Below, one piece after another: positions 53,991-64,000 of a DNA stretch of 64,000 nucleotides. A program made the position numbers and the translations under genes. The notes under the pieces are model-generated. The model worked only from the letters and a program-made list of their open reading frames with translations. It had not been told where the DNA came from and did no database searches. Origin of the DNA: Octopus vulgaris (lineage: Eukaryota). Numbering within the stretch: position 1 is the first letter of the stretch; the number at the start of each line of letters is the position of its first letter. The stretch spans positions 91,326,001 to 91,390,000 of the forward strand of contig OX597817.1 of NCBI GenBank assembly GCA_951406725.2, written 5' to 3'.

Positions 53991-54913
53991 GTAGGACTAA
54001 CCCTATTGATAGTTTAATTAGGCAAGTGGAAAAAGGAGTTTGTAGGAAGAAAAACGAGTGGTAGAATAGGAAGAGGAAAGAAAGGGTAATAACATGAAAG
54101 TCTGAAAATAAGCATATTCTAGCACATACCTTATGTTCTATATGTTAATGCATAGACATAATATTGATGTAATAGTAGTGTACTTCAACCAGTGTGCCGC
54201 TTCATCAGTTGCTAGTCTTGAAAATTAAACTTTTTGATTTTGGAGGCAAACACACACACACACATGCACACACACATGCGTGCATGCACACACACATACA
54301 TGCAGACAAAACATGTACAGATAGAGAGAATGAGAGAGAGAGATATTACAATTTATTAATTGAACTCAATTAGCAAAAACACTTCCCCTCTTTCCATACA
54401 CATAAAGAGACATATGGTCACACATATCAACACAGTGAAGATAAGAGCAAGAGAGAAAGACAGAGAAAGAGAGAGAGAGAGAAAGAGAGAGAAAGAGAGA
54501 GAAAGAAAAGGAGAAAATAAAAGAGTGAGAGAAAGAGAAAGAGAAAGATGTGTTTGTGACGACTGGAGTCATTTAATACATCTTAATGTTTCTCACTCTC
54601 TTTCACACTGTCCAAGTTTTCTGCTCACGGAGCCAAAATTTGAATTTACTGTCAGTTCTGTTTTGTTAAAGATGTACAGAAATCTATTGTGAAAAAGTTT
54701 TTCTTTTCCACATTCTGTCAATATTTTATCAGCCTTCATGTACATAAAGTGAAGTAGTTTAGTAGCTGTGATTACAGGTTTGTTGTCAACTAGAATAAAA
54801 ATGAAATTTTCACAAAAGATCTGGGGACAAAATGTCTGATGTCAAATAAATCAGGGTCGAATCAGTGACACCAAAATAGGTGGGGACAAAACAGCTGCTT
54901 CAAACATTTCATC

Positions 54914-54957
<44 letters not shown>

Positions 54958-55279
54958 TATGTGTGTATTTGTACATGTGTTTATGTGTGTGTTTGTATGT
55001 GTGTATGTATGTGTGCGTTTGTATGTGTGTGTGCATGTGTGTGTGCATGTACACATGTTTTTTTTTTGTATGTATGTATGTATGTGAAGTTCCAGAGGTA
55101 GTATAGCACTCAATCAGTTACATGTAGGAGAGTAGAAGAAAGTCCAAGTAGAGAATCCAGGTAGAATAGTCCAAGAAGAGTTTGAAGTGTTATGAAGTGG
55201 AGACAGGATAAAACTGGTGCAACCACATGAGCATGTAATATATAGTGAGAATTTACAAAAAAAAAAAACAAAAGACAAG

Positions 55280-55318
<39 letters not shown>

Positions 55319-55320
<2 letters not shown>

Positions 55321-56209
55321 AGGTTTGATCGATAAGTATCAGGACTGTTGCCATAGTAACGAAGCTAAAGAATGCAGAGTGAAGCTGCCTGGCAAAGATT
55401 GATCTTGAACTCTGCTCTGCATGCATACTAAGTTTTAACATTCTAGCTCACTTCCACTGTTTACAGCGGTGCTTGAAAAGAAGGTGTGTAGCATGTGATT
55501 GCTACATTGCCCATGACAGAGAAAGTTGTCATGATGATACCTGCTTGGAGGCCTGCGCAAAATTGCAGAAAGTATATGGAGAGGAGTGTATGAGCTGCAC
55601 ATAAGTGTACAAGTGGTTCAGACGATTCCAAGATGGCCGAAAAACTGTTGATATTAATGAACGTTCTGGGAAACCCACAACCAGCAGAACTGAGAAAAAC
55701 ATTGCAGATGTGCATGCAGTGGTGAGGGTAAATCATCGAATCACCATCCATGAGTTATAAGATGTGAAGATTAGCTATGGCTTAGTTCAGTCCATTATCA
55801 GTGAAGATTTGGGTATGAGATGCGTGTCTACCAAGTTTGTGCCAAAACTGCTATCAGCTGACCATAAGGACATTCAGGTTTCAGTTGCACAAGATCTCCT
55901 TGATTGTGTTGAGAATGATGAAAACTTTTTGCAAAATTTGTGTAGGCCTCTGAGCATTTATTGCCAAGCTTTTGGTAAAATTTGATGCAGATTTTCTGCT
56001 CAATTTTCTCTGTCATAATCAATACGATGATCACATGCTACACACCTTCTTTCCAAGCACTGCTGTAAACAGCAGAAGTGGGCTAAAGCATTAAAACTTA
56101 GTGTGTATACACAACAAAGTTTAAGGTCAATCTGTATCAAGTGGCTTCACTCTGAAAGCTTTAGCTTTGTTACTAGGCAACAGACTGGATACTTATTGAT
56201 CAGACCATG
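55319..56209. mobile_element. Non-autonomous mariner made of two inverted 5' ends
   Basis: 55319-55530 is inverted at about 56000-56209, with TA at 56210. Transposase N-terminal fragments on both strands (MTEKIEQKICIKF; SYGLVQSIISEDLGMRCVSTKFVPKLL). Confidence 0.82.
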
Positions 56210-56219
56210 TATGTCATTT

Positions 56220-56615
56220 TTATCTTTTTATCTTTTACTTGTTCAGTCATTAGACTTGTGACCATGCTGCAGACTGCCTTGAAGAATCTTAATCAAACGA
56301 ATTGACCTCAATACTTATTTTCTTTTTTCTTTAAGCATGGTTTCAGTTTCATTTGCTGAGCTGCTATGTTACAGGGGTGTAAACATAACAACAGCCATTG
56401 TCAAGTAGTTGTAAGGAACAAACAGACACAAAGATACACATAGTTACACTTATATACATATAGCGATCTTCTTTCAGTTTCCATCTACAAAATCCACTTA
56501 CAAGGCTTAGGTTGGCATAAGGCTATATTAGAAGACACTTGCTCAAGGTACTGCATGATGAGAGTGATCCTGGAAACATGTGGTTGGGAAGCAAACTTCT
56601 TACCACACAGCCACA
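56220..56615 (-). mobile_element. CORE-type tRNA SINE
   Basis: Reverse homologue of 15915-16292. Confidence 0.75.
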
Positions 56616-56827
56616 GTACTAGGGCAAAATACCCTGCTGGACAAAATCCCGCAGCAGTCAATATCCCCAGGGCTATTGTTCTTTCTTTACAATAAAAATA
56701 CTTTAGGAAAGTGAAATGTTATAAAAAATTTTTAATATTTATTAGTTGATATTTTTGTCCAGGGTTGTTTTGTTCTTGGGTGGGGATTTATCCTTGAGGG
56801 GGATTTTGTCCTGATAGCCATGCCTGC

Positions 56828-56945
<118 letters not shown>

Positions 56946-56969
56946 AAGAAAGAAGGAGAGAGAAAGAAA

Positions 56970-57890
56970 GCAGGGTGTGTGTTAGGGTGAGTGGTGAGTG
57001 ATTTGATGTGAAAGTGGGGTTAAGATAGGGTTGTGTGATGTTTCTCTGGCTGTTTAATTTATATATGGATGGTGTGGGGAGAGAGGTAAATGCTAGGGAG
57101 CCCAAATGGTAGGAGAAAATGGAGAGAGATGGTAGGTAGTAGAGTTTGGAAGAGTGTGTGAGAAGAGGAAACTGAAAGTGAATGTATCTAAGAGTAAAAT
57201 GATGAGATGTTCGAGAGATGGAATGGCTAATGGGATGGATGTGAGTATAAATGGCAAGATGTTAGAGGACATGAGTGTTTTTAAGTATTTGAGATCACAT
57301 ACAACAGCAGATGGTGGGTGGGGCTGGCTGAGGAGGTGGGATACAGAGTGGGGGGGGGGGATTAAGATACTTGGAGTTGCGAAAGGTATGCTGAGAGATA
57401 AAAGATTGAGTATGAAAGCGAAAAGAGGTGTGTATGAGGACGTAATTGTGCCGACAATATTATATAGTGCAAAGTCATGGAGGCTGAGAGAGGTGGAAAG
57501 GTAGCAACTAGATGTGTTTGAGATGACATGTCTGAGGGCTGTGGTTGGTGTGACAAGGATGGACAAGATGAGGAATGAGGAGGTGTGAAGATGAGCAGGA
57601 ATGAGAGAAAAACTAACAACCAAAATGGATAGACGAATGTTGAGGTGGTTTGATTACATGGAGAGGATGGATGAGGAGCAGTAAGGAGGTGATGAAGGCA
57701 GAGAAGTGGTAGGCAGATGGACCAGAGGCAGACCTCAGTTTGTGTGGAAGGATGGAGTGAGAAAAGCTTTGGTTGTTAGAGGTGTTGGAGTGAGAGAGGC
57801 AAGAGAGTTTATAAATGATAGGAAAACTTGGAGAGTGTTTGTGGACGGAAGAGTGAATTTGATGTTGCTCAAAGGGGTATGGAACTAGCA
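56970..57890 (+). mobile_element. RTE LINE 3' remnant (third family)
   Basis: LFNLYMDGV, LKVNVSKSKMM, FKYLRS, IVPTILYS, GRPQFVWKDGV. Confidence 0.8.
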
Positions 57891-58569
57891 TATGCTGTCG
57901 GGCTCCACTGCTGATATTGGGGGTTGTGTTCTATACTTTGACCTGAGCTAGAAATTGAATGGAATGCCTGATGTGTGTTTTGTTGTGGCAACTCATTCCT
58001 AAAAAAATGTGGAATATGCCTGATATATATATACACACACACAATATACATGCATATAATACACATACTATATATCTGACTGAATCACATGATGGGCAGA
58101 GATTAGGACTTTGCAGAACCATCATTAAATGCTGAGAAAAAGCAGTAATCAGTTAAATCAACCCTGGAAGCCTATAAGTCAAAGTTGGCATTAGTGGAAT
58201 TTGAAGTCAAAACATTGAAAGCTGAAACAAAGGGGATATATTCAAGCTAGAATATAAAATGTAAATAAGAGAGAACAACTAGAAAAAAACCTGTAAACAT
58301 ATGGTTGAAAGTTACTTTAGTGACATAAATATTCTCTGTAATCGTTGTGAAGCTCTTAGATTTAAAAATGAATCTCCAAACTTCTGTGAGTATGGGAAAT
58401 TCATGCTCCTTCACTTACAGCCTTATCCAGAACAGATGAAAGGTATTTTTAAATGAAAATTATGCAGAATATAAAATTTATAAGGGAACACAAATTTTTA
58501 TGTCTCTATATAAACTTACATTCATCTAAAATAGTTCGCATTTACTGTGCAATTTCCACGGGTACTGCT

Positions 58570-59752
58570 GGTAAATTATGAATTTTGCTAATTCACTACT
58601 CTATACAGATTCAGATATATTTAGTCTCACTTTACAATTAAGCCCAGGAGGGTGATTTTTGCAGCCCAAGTTGAGGATTGAATGTACCAAATTCATTGTT
58701 ATTTAACAATTCATCAGTATTTGCGCAATACTCTCTCCAACTGGTTGCTGATAGTAAGAGTGGTGGTTTGCTTAACAAAATATAATTTTTAGGGTATGTT
58801 AGGCTTAAAATTGTGAACTATTAACTCTTTAGCTTTTAATTTGGTCATATCCAGCCAAAATATTCCACCTTCTTTATATTCAGAGTAACCAGATCTGGCT
58901 CTTCATACCTACCATACAATGTCATTGTAAAAATATACTACCACATCATAAAAACCTTGAAGCTACAAGTTAAGTCGTGATTAATTCAAAACTATATGAT
59001 TTATTTAATCATTTAACAAAATAATCTGAATGCTAAACGGTTAAACCTTATCTTCCATGTCTTTTCTTTTTATTGCATGCTTGACCCATTCTGTCATGAT
59101 CTTCATCTTTTTTATTTGGTAGAGTTTGTGTTTTATATCTGTACATGTTAACAATGAATTTATCACCCTTGTACACAACATGTTTTAATCTTACAACAGA
59201 ATTTATTCCAAAGTCAGGTTATTTATTATTTTAACCCTTATTATGACACTTTCCTGTATGACCAATTTTGAAATCTTTTATTAAAGAAACGCAAAGAGAA
59301 AAATATTCAAATGGAGAAATAGGCAATGTATTAGAAGAGTGTCAGAAGAATAAAGTAAGGATTCTAAGTCTTTTGTAACCCAGCTCCTTCTTTCACTGAA
59401 TGATGTTTTACAAACCCACCACCTTGTTTTTTGGAACCCACCAAAAAGATACAGTAGATTATTTTGCACAAACAGAAGTTAATTTTGGGCAGTGGCTTAT
59501 CATGTATATTTTCTATACTACTCAGGGGTTATGTTCAAATTTTATGAAAATTACCAAAGAATACAAAGACAAGGAAATTACATTTAGAAAGAAATATGAA
59601 TGAAGATTTCTGCTAATTCAGTACTCTATACAAATTCAAATATATTTAGTTTCATTTTACAATTTGGCCCAGGAGAGTGATTTTGGCAGTGTAAGTTGAG
59701 GATTGAACAAATCAGTTTCATTGTTATTTGATAATTCATTAGTATTTGCACA
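58570..59752 (-). repeat. Diverged direct repeats of about 155 bp (58570-58728 and 59600-59752), each with a decayed HHR
   Basis: Minus: CTGATGA ATTGTT aaat AACAAT GAAT.. (58711-58717) and CTAATGA ATTATC aaat AACAAT GAAAC (59736-59742). Confidence 0.6.
58821..59044. mobile_element. TTAA-flanked MITE
   Basis: ttaactctttagc...gctaaacggttaa; homologue of 11857-12067. Confidence 0.7.
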
Positions 59753-59974
59753 ACTTATTAGTGTGCATAAATATAAAAAACTTGCAACAAAAATACATTC
59801 CAATTTAAATGAAATAAAATATTCTTAATTTTATTACTAGTATTAATGAATCAAACATGTACATTGGTACATGGTTACCTTTAAGTTAAAATATCAGGAA
59901 AACATTATATTCCCAAAACATATTTCAAAATTGAAAAACTAACTAATAGATACTGTTTTGTGCTTCATAAGAAT

Positions 59975-60345
59975 TTTCTATCTTTTACTTGTTTCAGTCA
60001 TTAAACTATGGTCATATTGGGGCACTGCCTTGGGCACTTTTTAGTTGAATAAATCGACCCCAGTACTTTTTTTTAAAGTTTGGTACTTATTCTATCAATC
60101 TCTTTTGTTGAACTACTAAGTTAAGGGACGTAAACACACCAGTACCAGTTGTCAAGTGGAGGTGTAGGTTCAAACTCAGACACATAGACACACACATGTA
60201 CACATATATACAACAAGTTTCTTTCAGTTTCCATCTACCAAATCCACTCACAAGGATTTGCCCAATGTATCATACAATGGTACTGAACCTAGAACTATGT
60301 GGTTGGGAAGCAAGCTTGTTACCATGCAGCCATGCTTGTGCCTAC
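59975..60345 (-). mobile_element. CORE-type tRNA SINE
   Basis: Reverse homologue of 15915-16292. Confidence 0.75.
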
Positions 60346-60535
60346 TTTTTAAAAAATTGGGTTCAATATATGACAAACAAAGCCTCATTACCTTCCCATT
60401 CACATATTTCATGATCTGCTCCACTGCTTAGCTAACAGTTGTACTACTAAGTTGAACCTTGTCTCAGTCAGATTCAAGGAAGGATATGCCAACAACAACT
60501 TTATTTCTGACTGACGACAGAGATATTAGTGGTTT

Positions 60536-60576
<41 letters not shown>

Positions 60577-60892
60577 CACTATTATCTCAATGTTTGCCTC
60601 ATTCTAACCCAAGCAAAGAGTTGTTTTGAAAATGCATTTAGAAACATTGTATTTTGTTTATATATTTTATTTCTAAGAGAAATCAGGACCCTTTTAGCAT
60701 CCAATTCCTCCTTGACATTTGCAGCCCCACTTGTGAGCTCGCAATTCCTAAGGGAGCCACTGTACTCCAGGTTAAGAACTATTGAAATAAAACACCATGT
60801 AGAAAATTGAAAAAAAAATGTTTGATATTTTGGAAATCTGAGATTGACTTTATACCTTTACCTTTACCTTTATATTTATTTATTTATTCCTT

Positions 60893-60894
<2 letters not shown>

Positions 60895-60940
<46 letters not shown>
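60895..60940. repeat. (TAA)n tract, probable target site of the adjacent Dong-like element
   Basis: Directly abuts the 5' end of the element. Confidence 0.9.
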
Positions 60941-60941
<1 letters not shown>

Positions 60942-63900
60942 TTAATTCAACCCAAGAATAACAATCGGGAGGTACGTACTTTAAACTTACAACACAAAAT
61001 GTACGAAAAACTACACATGCAAAACAATGTGACAACAGAAATGAACGGACCGGTACCCTACGAAAATGACGACCGTCAAAATAATGGTCCGGACGTTGTT
61101 CCGCATGTCCCGCAAATAAAACCCAAAAGACATAAATGGACATGTGAGGAATACATTTCTATCCTACACGCATACTTCACAGCAGTGCTCTACCCAAAAA
61201 ATGAAAACACAATAACACATACATATAAAATATGGAAGGAAAATAACATAAATATAGACTTGGATACAGCAATGAACCCTAATAAATTAGCTAACGTACG
61301 AAGATACATTCTCAACGCAAAAAAATATCAGAAATAGAAATAGAACATCTAAAAGAAAAAATACAACAGGAAAATGTAGATAGAAGCCACACAACAATGC
61401 CAAATAATATAAACACTGAAACAGTAAAACGCGAAGACAAACGTAACATTCCCAACAAACACAATGGAAACAAAAAACAACAAACCCAGACCGTAAGGAT
61501 GCATAATAATACACGACAAACAGCAAGCCAAAACACGGCAAACAAACATATAAATAAGAAAGAAAGCGACACAAATCTAAAACCTGGAAACAACAAAGGG
61601 GAGCCTAATGATTATGATAATATAAAAACTAAAATAATCAAAGAACTGAAAACCACAGAGCTCAAAATGGACCACCGACCATACCTCCCAAAAATCAAAA
61701 TAGACGAAACAACAACACCAATTATAAACAGCATAAACCTAGCCGTCACGGAACTAATAGCCACTGAAACAAAAAGCGATATCACTGAGCTAAATGACTT
61801 AGTATACACAGCAGCCACTGCAGCCACAAAAGAAGCTGGATACTCACTCAAACCCATCCAAACAGGAGTACCACCACCCAAACAAACCCCGTGGATAAAT
61901 AACATCCAAAACAAAATACAAAAAAATGAGAAAAGATCTGTCGATTCTTAATGAAATCGGTAGACAAGCAACACTACTGTGCAACAAAAAGAAAACAAAA
62001 ATACTCCGCAAATATAACATCACAGAAAAAGATTTACCTGAGATAAAAGAAAAGCTGAAGCAAGATATCCTTGCCAAAGCACAAAGGATCCGCTGGTACG
62101 AGAAACGCCAGCGCCTCTTTGAACAAAACAAAAAGTTCAACTCCAAACCCAAAAAGTTCTACCAAGAACTTGGCAAAAATAAAATAGAAATCACTGCAGC
62201 ACCAACGGCAGAAGAAGTGGAAGAATTCTAGAGAGAAATATGGTCGGCGAACGAATAACCAAAAAAATGGAGTATTAAAACAACAAACTCAGCATCTGAG
62301 CAACTTTGGACCCCCATAACAACTGAAGAGGTCACCCAGGCACTGCAAAGACTAAGCAACTGGAAGGCACCTGGGCATGACAAGATCCCCAACTTCTGGT
62401 TGAAATATCTAACAGGAATGCACAAAAAGCTGGCTGAAAACTTTAACAACATACTGGCAGAGCCAGAGACAATGCCTGAATGGCTCACGAAGTGGAAAAC
62501 CATCTTAATTCCCAAACCAAATGAGACAGCAAAACCAGAAAACTACAGACCAATAACCTGTCTCCCTACAATGTACAAGGCATTTACTGTAGTGATATCA
62601 CAAAGGTTGAACAAGCACCTGGACGAAAACAACCTGTTTCCAGAAGAGCAGAAAGGATGCCGCAAAGGCTCATATGGCTGTAAAGATCAACTAATGATTA
62701 ATAAAGCCATAACTGAAGACAGCCACAGAAAGAAGAAAGACCTCAGTATGGCCTGGATCGACTACAAAAAGGCGTTTGATAGCATCCCCCACACATGGAT
62801 CCTCAAAACACTAGCCATTAACAAAGTAGCACCAACAATTATAAAATTCATAGGGCACTCTATGAATAAATGGCAAACAGTGCTACAGCTCCAAACAAAA
62901 GAGGGACTCATGAAAACCAAAGCCATCCCCATTAGAAGAGGAATATTCCAGGGAGACACGCTCTCTCCACTCCTTTTCTGCTTGGCACTGTCACCTCTAT
63001 CTGATATGTTAAATAGAACTGGATGCGGATATAAATGTTACGGCAAAACGATCAGCCACCTTTTATATATGGATGACATAAAACTATACGCTGCAAATGA
63101 CAAACAGCTGGAAACACTATTAAAGACAGTTCATGGATTTACCAAAGAAATAGATATGAAATTTGGATTAGAAAAATGCGCCAAAGTAACCATGAAAAGA
63201 GGAAAACTAGTTAAGTGTAGCAACATCACACTAGATAAAACCAATGAAATAAAAGAATTAGACCAAAGCCAAACTTACAAATACTTAGGAATCCATGAAC
63301 TAGATAAGACACAACACACACAAATGAAAGATAAAATAAAAAAAGAATATTATAGACGAGTTAGATCAATACTAAAAACAGGGCTCAATGCTAAAAACAA
63401 GATAACAGGTATTAACACTTTAGCTGTCCCAGTTATAAGTTACAGCTACAATATCCTTAACTGGACACTAAATGAACTGACCACAATAAATAGGAAAACA
63501 AGAAAAATAATGACAGGATCTAGGATGCATCACCCAAAATCTGACATAGAAAGACTATATATACAACGTATAGAAGGTGGTAGAGGCCTTATACAGCTGG
63601 AAAACTACTATAAAATAACCACCACAGGACTGCAAAAATATCTACTTCAGAAGGAAGGAAAATTGATACAAATAGCAGCAAAACACGAGCAAAACAAAAA
63701 AACTGTTCTCAGTATTTAAGGAAGCTGACAAATACAAACAAGAAATAATACCACCTAATAAATATGAAGAAAAAGAAGAAGAAGAAGAAGATGAAGAAAC
63801 AACAAAAGCTATAAAACAAATGAAATCCAAACTAAAAAATAGAACAGCAACGAACCATGATAAAATGATGGCAAGAAAAGCCCCTTCATGGTAAATACTG

Positions 63901-64000
63901 GACTAAACTAAACACAAAAGAAATAGACAAACAAAAATCCCAGCAATGGTTGAGAAGCTCAGGACTCAAAGCAGAGACAGAGGGATTTTTAATTGCAGCA
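60941..64000 (+). mobile_element. R4/Dong-clade non-LTR retrotransposon, apparently 5'-intact, running past the window end
   Basis: ATG at 60999; KRHKWTCEEY N-terminus; WKAPGHDKI, ENYRPITCL, AWIDYKKAFDSIPH, GIFQGDTLSPLLF, HLLYMDDIKLY, GGRGL, LKAETEGFLIAA. Frameshifts in A-tracts (about 61320 and 61925) and several stops. Confidence 0.92.
62400..63719 (+). pseudogene. Open reverse-transcriptase domain of the R4/Dong element (439 aa)
   Basis: Uninterrupted RT motifs with catalytic YMDD. Confidence 0.9.

Overview
AT-rich, microsatellite-dense eukaryotic DNA with no convincing host gene. The SINE families and repeat landscape suggest an octopus or other coleoid cephalopod (inference). Almost all ORF-track entries are microsatellite artefacts. 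The real coding remnants are all transposon-derived: several RTE-clade LINEs, R4/Dong-clade LINEs (one near-full-length copy starting in a (TAA)n tract at about 60.9 kb), a degraded Gypsy pol, and mariner/Tc1 fragments. Non-coding mobile DNA includes tRNA-derived SINEs, TTAA- and TA-type MITEs, and a cluster of non-autonomous Helitrons (17.9-29.5 kb), one of which has captured a mariner fragment. The most notable signal is a set of type I hammerhead ribozyme (HHR) motifs in short direct or inverted terminal-repeat elements of Penelope/retrozyme type. Canonical cores are intact at 9.35, 15.45 and 46.7 kb. One family has the compensatory G3-C8 core swap (27.2, 48.4, 49.7 kb) and another has a U3-A8 core (31.75 kb). 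There is also a tRNA-headed element ending in an HHR (13.7-14.3 kb) and a speculative permuted HHR (19.8 kb). All folds were read by eye and element boundaries are approximate.
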